A DNA stretch of 64,000 nt from Felis catus (lineage: Eukaryota): positions 172,424,001 to 172,488,000 of the forward strand of contig NC_058368.1 of NCBI RefSeq assembly GCF_018350175.1, in the 5' to 3' direction. Both the position numbers and the translations under genes were made by a program. Shown here in pieces: positions 36,162-48,786 of the stretch; position 1 is the stretch's first letter, and every line of letters begins with the position of its first letter. The notes below the pieces were generated by a model. It had not been told where the DNA came from and did no database searches. It worked only from the letters and a program-made list of their open reading frames with translations.

Positions 36162-39100
36162 TAGAAGTATTCCTGTGAATAAGTGAAGAATTGATTGAAA
36201 TGGAATATCCCTATTTTACAGCCACTAAAGAATTGATAGATTTAGGTATAAAGCACATCTACTAACATCACAGAACGACATAACACCACCACACACACGA
36301 CTTCTGATGGAAGAATACACCTATGAGGACATCTCAGCAGTGTTTAACATGAGGAAACATGTTAAATTAACCACAGGGTGCAATCAGTGAAATCCAGACT
36401 TTACAGGACAAACAATCTGGGTTCTTCAAATAAATTGCAAGGGGAAAAAACACAAGTGAACGAGTAAAATATTAATGGAAGGGGAAACCTATAGACATAT
36501 CAGCCAATTATAATGTGTGGTCCTCAATGGGATCTTGAGTCAAACAACCTGACTGTAAAAAATGAAGATATTTATGAGACATTCAGAAACAACACTTTTC
36601 AGATATTTGATGATTTTAAAAGTTACTTTTTAGATGTGTTGATGGTCTTAAGGTTATCCTTAAAAGAGTCGTTACCTTGTGTAGTTATATATTGAAATAT
36701 TTAGGTGTGAAATGACACAATGTCTTGGATTTGTGTCAAAATACTAGAGGAAAAAAAATACGAGAGGAGACAAGGATATAGGTGGGGTTTTCAGTGAAAC
36801 AGACTGACATGTCCTTTGGTTTTGGAGATTACTGGTGACCTTGAGAGAAGCAATTTCATTGAATGGTGGAGAGAGATAGAAACTAGATTTGTGTGGACTG
36901 AATAGTGACTAGGAAGGAAAATGTTGAGAGAGCACAGGGAGAGAACTTTTGACAAGCTTATTGCCCAAAGTCTCACTATTACTGAACTATCAGATGAGAT
37001 CTTGAACCAAAATCGTAACTTCTACTTCTGAGCTTTTCTCTCCCTGCACGAGGCTCCTTCAGTCAAGTTATCCTGGAATCCGTTCTTGGCCGGGATTAGA
37101 AACTCTGAGTTGTTACCATGGTGGATCTCTCCCTAAACTGGTACTTGAAGTCTGTTTCGTCATGCTGGGTCCTCACCTTTTTGTTTATGAAATCAGTCAC
37201 ATTGTTTTTAGACCCAGTGACTTACTGCTGTGAAATAGATGGAATGCAGTAGATAATTTGGTTTGTCTGTGTTTAAAAATCTGCTAAGAAAAGAAATACT
37301 TGAAAACTATTTCCAGATTAAATCTCACACATAGAACACACAAACCCAGCCTTTTCCAATGGCAAATGCAACTCAAGAGAAGAAAGCACCCCTGTGGTGT
37401 TTGTCTGTCTCTTTAACTGCATTCATGGTCTGCCTCACACCCAGACTAGGCATTCAAATAACCCAGAATCGTTTGGCATAGACACCCCTGACATTATTAG
37501 TGGGGAAATCCTAGCTGAGATTCACCGATTCACCGCCTTATGCAAGCATCATGTGATGCTTCAAAAACCTCTTTGCCGTCTGATACGATATTTTGGAGCC
37601 CAATAAGTATCTATGTCATCTTGCCTTAAATATTCAAAGTATCTTTCCAAATCTTTACTCATTTGTTGTCCAAATGTCTTTAAAATATATCAGGTTCTTC
37701 ATAGAAAGGAAAATATAATCAGTGGAGATTAGGGATTTGGAAATCCAAGGGAGTTTAAAAAGGCTGGGGGGGGGGAGGCTAAATCTTCCCAGGAGTACTT
37801 GCATATGGTCAATCTCCTGGAGAGGAAAAGGAAAAGAATATATATTAAATAGATGCATGAAAATAGATGTAGTAAAATTGGAGAGCATGCTGAAATTAAA
37901 TGAATTCCAAATGCCTGCCACTGTTATTTGTAGGGCTCTTTGGGAGGCTAAAACAGCATTATTCCATTACTCTCTTTTAGCTAGAATATGCTACAGGAGT
38001 TGCCCAAAAGGAGTAGAGAAATAATTAATCTAATATGCCTCATAGACCTAATGACAAAAGAGGCAATTCACTTGGCATCATACCAAGCTGATGGGTGAAG
38101 AAGGAAGATCTCGGGCACAGGCGGGGAAAGTCATTCCCAGACTTTGAGTCCACAAGTGCCAATGGATGGGCTGCTATGGAAGAGATCTCCCACAGGGACA
38201 AGCCAAGGCATGAGGAGCAGGCTCCTGCCCATCCCTCCCAGCCCTCCTCAGTTGTTCTGCATGATTTGACACATGAGCTCAAACTCTCCCTTCCAAGCAA
38301 ATGCTGTGTGATCAGCAACTCTAGCCTTGACCCTTGCTTGTGCTCCAGTTAATGTTTTTTCAGGTAACTACCAGATACTTTCATTAAGTCTTGCCATCAC
38401 CACCATAAAGCCTGTCTAAAACTGAGCTTGTCATGTTCCACCAAAAAACAACTTTAATTTCAGCTTGCAAATTTCTGTTAGTGGAATCAGAGTTTCCAGT
38501 CTAGAAACATTGGAGTCATTTTCAGCCCCCTCCTCCGTCATCTCCTCTGCCAGTCATTTAGGCCTTTCTCTCTACTTGGTCTCCATTTGTACTGTTAGCA
38601 GCATCTTCCAGGCCTTGTCTCTTTATATTTTAGTAACTATAACTTAGCAATATGACTCAACTCCAAATCATTCTGCATATTCTAGCCCAGCTATTTTTCT
38701 CCAAAATACAGCTTTCGATCATATCATTGCACAAGTAAATCTTTTTTTTAGATATTTTTATATGCTTTGTTGAGATATAATCCACACAACATAAAATTCA
38801 CTTTTTAATGTGTACATTTCAGTGATTCTCAGTATATTTGCAGAGTTGCACAACCATTACCACTATCTAATGGCTGTGTCAATATTAGAGAACAGAAGCA
38901 GTTTGGGTCCAGTTGGTAAATAACCATCGACCCAAATCAGAGGGTGCCCACTCCCTAACCAGTCACTGCCCAGGCTACCCCAATTCCTATCTCCAGAAAC
39001 TCCCAGAACTTTCTATAGTTCAGCTGCCATCAGACTAACAGCTGGCACAATCAAGGACTCTTGGACCTTCCTCCATTACTGTGGCTACTCCCTGGTATCA

Positions 39101-40021
39101 AGTATTTCGTAAATCACCCCTGGAGAAAAGAGGTATTATTTCTTAAATGAAGACAGAATTAAAGAATGCTTTTCTTTATTAAAGGTACGCAGTTACATGG
39201 TTCGGTTAAATCATCCTCATACTCGCACAGAATTTTCTTACAGCATGTGAACCCATCTTCCCCAGCGCCTTTACCACTCTCCAAATATGAAACCCTTTTA
39301 AGGTTCCATATTCTTTACAATGCCAATCCATCTTTGCTTTCCAGCTCAAGTTCCTTTCTGTTTGTGTCTCATACCCCCAGGATCTTTTTAGGTTTCATAT
39401 TCCTGAATTAACCAAAATATTTGGCTTATTTTCCCAGTTATTAGGAACAAAGCCATTTGAATGCACCGTCAGCCTCCTCTTGGCCCTTCAGAGCCTGTTT
39501 TGTGAAAGTCCATGGCATATGAGGAAGTGTGCACAGGCCACTATCCAAACTAACAAAAGCTACCCTGTTTTTCCTTCATATCCCAAATATTAAGTTTTCG
39601 CCCTCTTTCTTCATACAACTCATGTTTAAATCTTTTCATTTGAAATTATTTTTCAAACACCTTCCATTACTGGCAACAAGGATAAAGAGAGAGAAATGTA
39701 TCTCATGGGAAATAAAAGCTAGCCCCAAGATGCAAAACAGCTGTCATTTGGGTGAATTTGGAAATTTGAAGAACAAGAAATGGAAAACAATTTTGAACTA
39801 ATTTCTTTTACTTTTCTTAAGGTAGGAACCTCCTCAAAAGTGATCATTCCTCCAGATTTTTGAGACAACAGTGTCAGATTGATGCCTTTTCAGATGTAGC
39901 CTTGCCTTCATTCAAGAAATATTTATCAACTACTATGTGCCAAGCATCTTGTTAGGGACTAGGGATGTAATGATGAATAAAAAGAGATACCATCATTGCC
40001 TTCCACTGATCCTAGAATCAT

Positions 40022-40470
40022 ATTGTGGGAGGACACCAAGATGCCCCCAACCTTCACAACTCCTTGTCAACATGTCCTTGTCTGTAACTTTGCAGTGCCC
40101 TCCCACTCTGATTCTGGACTTGTCCGCGTGATTTACTTTGGCCAGTAGAATGAGCCAGAGGTAATGGTGTACCTGTGCTGCCTCAAGAGCCTTTCATGTG
40201 TCCTCCTGAACATCTGCCACTAACATGAGAGCGTGCCTGGGCCATTCTAGAGGATGAGAGACACAGGGAGCCAATGCCCCAGTCTTCAATCAGCAGTCAG
40301 CCAGCTCATCCTCAGATATATGGGTTAGCCCAGCCTCTCCAACCAAGATCAACAGTTGCCCTGCCAACCTGCAGCTGACCCCAAATACATGAGCCATAAA
40401 CACTTACTGTTGAGTGCTACTGAGATTTTGTGGTGTTTTATCACACAGCATATGTGGCAACAGATTACTG
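40022..40470 (+). mobile_element. MLT1-type LTR inserted within an L2 relic
   Basis: tgtgggaggacaccaagatgccccc...atttactttggccagtagaatg...ctactgagattttgtggtgttttatcacacagca. Confidence 0.65.
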
Positions 40471-40773
40471 CTACATTACTTAACCATAAAAAGGAAACAC
40501 AAAATTAGAAGCTGCAGTGTGTGCTCTGAAGGGCAGGAGTATAGAAACACGAGAATACATGAAAGCTACATCTATCTAGCCTACAATAGTGGAGAGGGGA
40601 AGGTCAAAGAACACTTCTTTAAGGAAGAGATGTGTGGGCTAAGATCTAAAGGATGTACAGAAGTTAACTAGGTAAAAAACGGGAGAAAGAGTTATTTAGG
40701 TCACTGGAACAGCATGTGCAAAGGCTTTGTAGGGAAGGAATACAGGCAGTGAGTTATTAATAAGAAGGCCAGC

Positions 40774-41413
40774 AGGGGCGCCTAGGTGGCTCAGTCGGTT
40801 AAGTGTCTGACTTTGGCTCAGGTGAGTTAGAACCTGTGCTGACAGCTCAGAGCTTGGAGCCTGATTCAGATCCTGTGTCCCCCTCTCTCTCTCTGCCCCC
40901 CCCCCCCCCCGCTCACACTTTGTCTCTCTCTCAAAAATAAACAAACATTAAAAAAATAATAATTAAAAAAAAGAAGGCCAGTGTTGGGGTGCCTGGGTGG
41001 TTCAGTCGACTAAACATCTGACTCTTGATTTCAGCTCAGGTCATGATCTCACAGTTTATGGGACTGAGCCCGAGTTGGGCTCTCAGCTAACAGCATCATG
41101 CCTCATTGGGATTCTCTCTCTCCCTCCTCTCTGCCTCTCCCCCACTCATTCTCTCTCTTTCTCTCTCTCAATAATGAAAAATGAAAAATAGGGGCGCCTG
41201 GGTGGCGCAGTCGGTTAAGCGTCCGACTTCAGCCAGGTCACGATCTCGCGGTCCGTGAGTTCGAGCCCCGCGTCAGGCTCTGGGCTGATGGCTCGGAGCC
41301 TGGAGCCTGTTTCCGATTCTGTGTCTCCCTCTCTCTCTGCCCCTCCCCCGTTCATGCTCTGTCTCTCTCTGTCCCAAAAATAAATAAAAAACGTTAAAAA
41401 AAAATGAAAAATA
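40774..41413 (+). mobile_element. Cluster of three CanSINEs (internally deleted about 40774-40970; about 40986-41190; very young 41191-41400)
   Basis: TSDs aagaaggccag and aaaaatgaaaaata; the last copy retains its CpGs. Confidence 0.9.
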
Positions 41414-42625
41414 AAAGCATAGAGAACGAACATCAAAGTCTGTGAGGGCCAAATTACACACTGGAAGAAAAATGGGTTTGAGGAAATTAGAGCTCCTATT
41501 CCGGCGTAAGAGTTTTTGTCCTATCTGACCCTGGTGGGTGAGTGTGCAGCTGGGCTGGAGACATAGGAGAAATAGGCAAATAACAGGAATGTCCCAGGGC
41601 ACCTTCCTCTGTGGAAGTGTGTCTCCTAATCCAGAAGTCACAGGTCAGTATCAGCACTCAGCTATTTTCTTAGGTTCCTGTTGTTTTGGGGTGTTTTTCG
41701 TGCATCCTTTAGTGGAAATCATAGTCCAAGAAGATATCTGAATTCAAAATAGATATTGTACGCTCTCTCAAAGCTCCTGGAGAGGCCCATATAAGAATCT
41801 GCCATTTTATAGGCAAAATGGTAGAATAAAATCAAAAGGTCATGGGGCTTCACTTTGCCTTTATTGGCCTTTAAAAATGATAGGCATACAAAAGCTCATT
41901 TTTCCAATTACAATATGGTTGGACTTGTGAGTCAGGGTTGGAGAACTTAGTCCTCTGTTTTAGAGATTTTTATGGGGATGCTATTTTCCTGCCAGTCCTG
42001 AGGTGTTTGTACTAGAAAGGGGGCACACGAGCACCATTACTGTGGTCTCACCTGAGAGAGGTGTTTTGCTCAACTCCGCACAGCATGCAGCCAGTGTGAT
42101 ATGGACCAAGAAAGAGCCTTGCTGGGGCTCCACTGGGCCACAATGTTCATTTCGGCAGGTCAGCTGAGGTTCAGCAGGACCTTCTCATTTCAGGTCCAAG
42201 GATCTGGATCATTCCGGGCCTTGGACTCTGGCCTCCGATTTGCATACTCTGTTTGCAGATTTAATCTGCCCGGGAGCTTTGTTCTCAAGCAACAAGAAAG
42301 GATTTTTTAACGAAATGCATTATAAGCTCTATTTAGTATTCATGTTCTCTGCAAATAAAGTTGGTGATTTTTTACTACTGGATGAGGTTCTTTTAAGGTG
42401 AGGATTATAAGATGTTAAATTATAAATCCCAAATTTAGTGCCGTGCTCTCATGCACATATCCTCATCCCTGCTAGGAAATCCCCAAATTCCTAACAACAG
42501 CCACATCAGTGAGCTCTTCTTCAACAGTAGTTCCCAAAGCTCTGTCTCTTTTATTGGTAGAATTTGTGTAGTCTCCATATACTGAGCACAGTCATTTATC
42601 TAGTGGGGGCTCAACAACTTACAGG

Positions 42626-42709
42626 TATTAGATTGAACCTGATGGGACTGACAATGTTCATAGAACATAAATGGTAAACAGCATGATTTTTAAACAGTTC
42701 AACTTAATA
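42626..42709. mobile_element. MADE2-like mariner-derived MITE
   Basis: About 84 bp with terminal inverted repeats tattagattgaac...gttcaacttaata. Confidence 0.7.
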
Positions 42710-43564
42710 CTAAGTTCTGTGGCACAAAGCCAGTTTAGAAAGTCTAGTTTGAATTGTTATGTAAATAATCTTAATAGCATCCAGAGAGGTCAAATGCTCT
42801 TCATTTGACCTTTTTTTTTTTTTTTTTAATGACAGCAAAAGATTGGGATGAATGGATTATTTCTCCTTACAAAGTACCCAGACGCTGCTGGACACAAAGT
42901 AGACTCTCAAGAGATGTTTCTTTTAATAAGTAGGAGAATCTACTTCACATTAATCATATTCAAAATTGAAAGACTATACAGATAACTTGAGAATATTGCT
43001 TAAACTCCTTTGTATTGCTAACTGAATTAAAATAACTATTACAAATAATAAGAACAAGGGAAAAATAAATTTAAAGGCCACATCTGCTAGCAAAGCCAAC
43101 TACCTATTCTTGACGGAAATGAATTCTCATAAGAGTTGCATGTTCTCCTAGAGCTCGTTAATATTTCTGTCATGATCCAGTAAGTTCTGGAGTGAGAGAA
43201 ACTACATTTCACACAGCCCACGTGAGCCCTGGCACATCTAATCTGCAACCTCCACTTTTAATTTACATCTGGAAAATGAATGAATGAGCCACTACAGGGA
43301 CATTAAAGGCAGGGTCACACAAACACAGTGCATCATCTTATTACACCTGCTGCCCAGCTCTGCACAAATAAACTCCATTTTATGTGCTGGCTTTGTATCT
43401 AAGAGGGGAAACCAAACTGCTCTCCCATCCTGGGGCAGACATACAAAATCCTTCAGCTAACACAACACTCAGCCCAACCCACTGACTTGGTCCTATGTAT
43501 ATCTGTATTTCTAAAACCAAGTTTTCATTTTAATAACATTCTTTTATAACTTAAGCAAAGCAAA

Positions 43565-44825
43565 ATGGAAACAACACTGGAACAGATGCAGAAGTCTAAT
43601 AAGAACGTCTTCTCGGACAAAGCTATTTTAATGAAAGCGACATTCTGTGCAACCTCCCTGATTCCTCCTCGTGTTCAACCACCCAAATTAGATTCACTTC
43701 ATTGGCTGTTTTCATCAGGTTTCACAACACTGGGGACTATCCAAAAGAAATAAAAGGTGAGCATTTTCCTTAAAGCAGGATGCTAGGTTTTGAACACAAA
43801 CATTCACATTAAGTGAAGGAACTTGATTAAGCCCACAATTCAAGATGATGATGAACCGAATGCTGGAACTCAGCTGCCTGACACACTTTAGCATATGAAT
43901 TAAATTTTCTGTTAGCTAACTCACTTAAAAAAAAAAAAACTGTATTTAAACATCTCCCTTCAGGGAACTGGCCATATGTGGAATTAACAGACTCTTGGGT
44001 CCACATGGGACTTGGGTTGCAATTTCTGAGTTTGCTGGGAAAGTGAGTTTATTACATTGTATTAAAATGGACACTGGGAGATTTATTTGAGCATATGACA
44101 CTCTAATAGGGATGTCTACTTAATCAGATGTGCCATCACTCAAATATATACAGGTGTACCGGCAGTTGTTTAATGAGTGATCACACCAAAAAGGGATGTA
44201 GATGGCCAGATGCTAAAGAAGGCACTTCAAATAAGGAGGCGAGTGCATGTGGTGATGATAGGGAAAGAGCTGTCATGATGTACGACATGGATCTTCCTAA
44301 GTACATTCACAACTCTGTAGCAAAATGTTTTCCATAAAAACTTCATTCCACAAATAGAATTAAAAAAATGGAATCGTAGCATATGGCCATGTAAATTGTA
44401 CATGCAATCCACATGTCTTCAACAATGCCAGTGCCGATGGGCTCATGAAGATGCAAACGGGGAAGGGCATACTATGGAGTTGGCGACCTCACAATACCCA
44501 GATGTCCCAGAAATTCCAGAGCCATTTTGTGAATATCAAAAGGAAAAACCTGATCAGAATACAATTTCAGCTTTGATCTTTACAGTCTTACAGACTTCAG
44601 ATGTTACATCGCTTAAATATCATCAGATGCATCAGGAGACTTAAGTGCTTTATAAATCATACAAGGACAAAAGGGAAGCAAATCAATTATGAAGAGGTGG
44701 AGGCCAGATGATTTCCAATTATTGATACCGCACTGTAGGGAGATGGCTCAAGATTGATCTGTGAAGGAAATCAGATAAATGATGAAGTCCTGAAGAGTTT
44801 AGTTAGCTGGGGAGGGATTATGTTT
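43565..44825 (+). pseudogene. Probable endogenous bornavirus-like nucleoprotein element (EBLN), decayed by stops and frameshifts
   Basis: Manual three-frame translation gives ordered motif matches to Borna disease virus N as recalled: PPRVQPPKL~PPASLPKL; LGFEH~IGHEK; TWVAISEFAGK~TVVKTAKFYGE; SNIYRCTGSCLM/VI~SSIFSHCCSLLIGVVI; QMLKK/HFK~EQIKKRFK; FLSTFTT...HKNFIPQIEL~VLSLLTT...GKEFMDQIKL; LY..TCLQQC~TY...EYLAEC; AT/LTIP~ATLTIP; EGNQINDEV...WG~DGAELSGEI...IG. The roughly 1.25 kb span fits an N mRNA. Confidence 0.75.
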
Positions 44826-44849
44826 TTAGTACATTCATTTTTTAAAGCA

Positions 44850-44990
44850 CTAGACTGCGTACTTTACATAAATGGTAAGTTACTGCCATTTTGAGATGAA
44901 GATGACAAAAACTCAAAGATGAAATAATTTCTGCAAAATCACAAAGTTAGTAAGTACCCCAATAGATATGTGAACACAAGTATTTACAAG
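44850..44990. mobile_element. MIR fragment
   Basis: ccattttgagatgaag...aaaactcaaagatgaaataattt...aaatcacaaagttagtaagt resembles the MIR core. Confidence 0.55.
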
Positions 44991-45115
44991 GCTGTCTTCC
45001 ATGTATCACCTTTGTAACTTTTTCCATACCATGGACCATCTGTGTTATATTTAATACTTTTCTCTAATTCATAGATTTATATTTTTAAATATTTATTTAA
45101 AATAAAAAATTTATG

Positions 45116-45513
45116 GGGCACCTGGCTGGCTCATTCAGTAGAGCATGCAATTCCTGATCTCCCGGTCATGAGTTCAACCCCCATGTTGGGTGTAGAGCTT
45201 ACTTTAAAAATAATAAAATTAAAATTGTATAATACTATTATTGATAGAAAATAATTATCATTTGCAGAAGGCAACTATAAAAATAAATTCTATCTAAACA
45301 GTGTTACCCATCCAAAGCTCTGAACCTGGGGCCTGCCTCTTTCTTATAAGGAGGGCTTATAGGGGTGTCTGGGTGGCTCAGTTGGTGAAGTGTCTGCCTT
45401 TGGCTCAGGTCATGATCTGGCAGTTCATGAGTTCGAGGCCCACGTCTGGCTCTGTGCTGACAGCTCAGAGCCTGGAGCCTGCTTCAGATTCTGTGTCTCC
45501 CTCTCTCTACCCT

Positions 45514-45559
<46 letters not shown>

Positions 45560-45590
45560 GTAAATAAACATTTAAAAAAATTTTTAAATA
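45116..45590 (+). mobile_element. Short SINE (about 45116-45210) and CanSINE (about 45362-45587), probably within an old hAT-type relic
   Basis: SINE heads; TSD ataaggagggctt for the second. Confidence 0.8.
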
Positions 45591-45959
45591 AGGAGGGCTT
45601 GCAAAATTAGGGAGGTATTAAAGACCTCCATGCACCAAAATGAGGCTTTTCTCTTGAGATAAACAGAAGGACTGAAAGAGCACTAAAATGAAATTCTATT
45701 TTTCTACTGTGGTATAGTTTTATTTGATGACCGTATGTGCAACATGTGGAGGTACCACCTGGAATTACCCTACCTACTACCTGTGGCATGCTGGCCACAC
45801 TTTGGGGAATGATGCGTCATTGGATGAGCATTTTTTGCGTTGGAGCAAGGGAAGATAGAAGGAAGTTGATTGCATCTTATCTTTTTCAAATCAAAATTCA
45901 ACTTGAAATAAAGTAATCTCTGCTTCCATATACAATTTGATTAAATTTTTAAAAAGTTT

Positions 45960-46178
45960 TTATTAAAATTTTTTTCTTTATTTATTTTTGAGAAAGAGAG
46001 AGAGACAGAGCATGAGCAGGGGAGGGACAGACAGAGAAGGAGACACAGAATCTGAAACAGGCTCCAGGCTCTGAGCTGTCAGTACAGAGCCTGATGCAGG
46101 GCTCGAACTCAGGAACGGTGAGATCATGACCTGAGCTGAAATCGGATACTTAACCGACCGAGCCACCCAGGCACCCCT
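45960..46178 (-). mobile_element. CanSINE
   Basis: Reverse-complement SINE; TSD-like attaaatttt. Confidence 0.88.
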
Positions 46179-46688
46179 CAATTAAATTTTATATGTAACA
46201 AATCTGAGACCAAACTCAAAATTAAACATAGGGCTGAATTCTTTCAAAATACTGATATTCAACAGGCTTCAAGCACATTGGATCTAGGAACTATTGAGTA
46301 TCCTTTACAATGGTTCCTGGTTAAACTACTGCAGGACATCATGATAAAAGGCATCACCAGGCCCCTCCGTCTTACAAAACTTGGAGAAGACAGGCTAGAA
46401 GTTCCTCATACCTTGCCTATTCCAGGGCAAACCTGACTCAAAGAGTGGCCACTTGGGGCCCAAAAGTCATTTCTCAGCATCATTTTGTCCTGACCTTCCC
46501 ATTTCTTTTCTAAACAGTACAGAATGGCAGCATGGCTATTAAAGTACCAAGATTATCACCATCATCACTTCCATATGTCCAACAGAAGATATCTACATCC
46601 TTGTTTCTTAAGTATTTTGTTTCCTAATCTTCTGTAATTTGACTCACTAGCATGTTTAACAAGGCATATAAACTTCTGCAAAAACACA

Positions 46689-46857
46689 GGGGTGCCTGGG
46701 TGCCTCAGTCAGTTAAGCATGTGACTTTGGCTCTTATCTTTGGGTAAGATCTCATGGTTCATGAGTTCGAGCCTGGCATCAGGCTCTCTGCTGTCAGTGT
46801 GGAGCCCACTTCAGATCCTCTGTCCTGCTGTCTCTCTGTCCCTCCCATGCTTGTGCA

Positions 46858-46892
<35 letters not shown>

Positions 46893-46920
46893 CTCTCTTT
46901 CAAAAACAAACAAACATACA
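46689..46920 (+). mobile_element. CanSINE
   Basis: Head, body, CT tract and tail. Confidence 0.85.
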
Positions 46921-47834
46921 AACCCCCCCCCACACACAATATCTTGGCTTTCTGTATTTTTATATGCATGTACTTGTCTTCCCAGAAAAACCCACATTCA
47001 TAAGTGGACCAAACTTAATATGTAATAATACATATACACATACACACACATGCACATACACACATAAGCTGTCTTTAAAAAACTGAATGTCAATAGCAGA
47101 TATGGCAATAGATCCTAAGTGAGAAATACATTGAAAATGAAAGAAATGCAAATTCAGAATCATGTCAGGAAACAGATTTTCCAATGGTGATAAAATTGTA
47201 CACGAGACAAGACTATTTAAGAAAATGCACCAGAGTCACTGCAAAAAAAAAAAAAAGAAAAAAAAAAGAAAAAAAAGTAAATGTCTGGGAGGAACAGAGT
47301 ACTTACTGGCAAAGAAGCCTGATAACCTATAAGCCTCTACTCGGTCCAAATATTTATATTTCTGGAGAAATACATGTTTATTTTAGCATTAGGAAAGCAT
47401 ACTGCTTACATCTTAAACTTTTCACTAGTCAGTAACTAGTTTGATTATTAACAGAGTTCCCTGACCAAACTATTGCTTCAAAAAAGCTAGTTCCCTCACA
47501 GATTACACCCTTCTCTTTGCAGTCCAAGGCTGGGCCCAGTCACTGGCATGCGGTTATTGCTGAATGAACCCTCAGTGGGCAAATCAGTATATGGATGAGA
47601 TCTCGCTCTTAAATATAATTTGGCCAGATTTTGAAAACGTGACAGGAAGCTTGACGTGAACGTCAGTCCTTTTGCTTCTCTGTGGGGTGTGAATATAGCA
47701 CTAATGACACTTTCTCAAATATTTTTGATGTAATACCCTGTACTTTCATAGTTGACACAATTATATAAACAGCTTTAGGAAATTCAACTGCTCTTGTTTT
47801 CTAAAGCTAAATTTTTATTTAAGAGAAAAAGCAC

Positions 47835-47929
47835 AGGGGCGCCTGGCTGGCTCAGTCAGCAGAAGCACGCAACTTTTGATCTCAGGGTTGTGAGTTTAGG
47901 CCCCCAATTGGGCATAAAGCTCACGTAAT

Positions 47930-47970
<41 letters not shown>
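47835..47970 (+). mobile_element. Short SINE with (CA)n tail
   Basis: ggggcgcctggctggctcag head; (CA)n at about 47933-47970. Confidence 0.8.
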
Positions 47971-47972
<2 letters not shown>

Positions 47973-48626
47973 AGAGACATGAAACAATATTTGATCGTAC
48001 ACTTGTGGCTCAGTGGTCATTTTGCTCTGTTTTCATGAAAAACCCTCAGAGCAACTGAAACTGCAAAATATAAAGGAAAGAAAATAAGAATGATAAGCAA
48101 TTCTCATTTCTACTGAAATCTGAAAATACAGAATGTCTATTTTTAATCTGAAGTCTAGACACTAAACTAGAATATGTCTTTTCATAGCCGAGTTCTAAAA
48201 ACCAATGTTTCTTTCTAAAATAAAGCAAATATGAAATTTTTTCCAAAAAAAAAAACAATATGGAAAAGAATTATTCTCAGGGTCACATAATTTTAATAAC
48301 TTTGACCCCAATTATCAAACTTTGGTTTTGGGAACCGAAACCGGTTTACTAATGTGAGGTAAAAACCTAAGTCAGAGCTCAGCCTTCTGGATGTAGGAGG
48401 AACTGCACCAGGCAGGTGCTGAGGCCACATTAGGAAACCCAAGGACAGTGATGTTTTGTAGTTGACGCCTAGAACACATAAAAATATCTTCTTAATTAGA
48501 AGCATCTCAATTATTAGAAGATGGGGTCTTTTATTCCTGGACTTGATTCCAGAAAAGCATATGCTCCATTTTTGTTAAGTAAAAAGGCTTTCTTAAATGT
48601 GAAGCCCCAGGTTATGTATTAAAGAG

Positions 48627-48786
48627 CAGTGCTTCTCAAACTTTAATGTGCATATGAATCACCTGAGAACTTGTTAAAATGTAGGTTTTGATTCACTAGG
48701 GTTTGGAGTGAAGCCCAAGATTTGCATTTCTAACAAAATCGGTGATGTGTATGCTACTGATTTAGCCACCATATGTGAGTGCAAGG
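48627..48786. mobile_element. MER5-family hAT-Charlie MITE
   Basis: cagtgcttctcaaactttaatgtgcatatgaatcacctg...ttgcatttctaacaa. Confidence 0.8.

Noticed and set aside
43993..44043. SWVHMGLGLQFLSLLGK resembles the bornavirus G membrane-proximal region (GWVHIGLPSFAFLNPLG)
   Set aside because: An isolated match overlapping a frame that fits the colinear N alignment; no flanking G or L similarity, so treated as chance.
44123..44639. Internal similarity (SDVPSLKY vs SDVTSLKY) suggesting a repeat-domain, nebulin-like or zinc-finger pseudogene
   Set aside because: Only one short pair, with no regular periodicity or C2H2 spacing; the bornavirus N model explains far more of the region.
44128..44644. 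69-aa and 82-aa ORFs as independent small genes
   Set aside because: They are frameshifted pieces of the decayed EBLN-like element.
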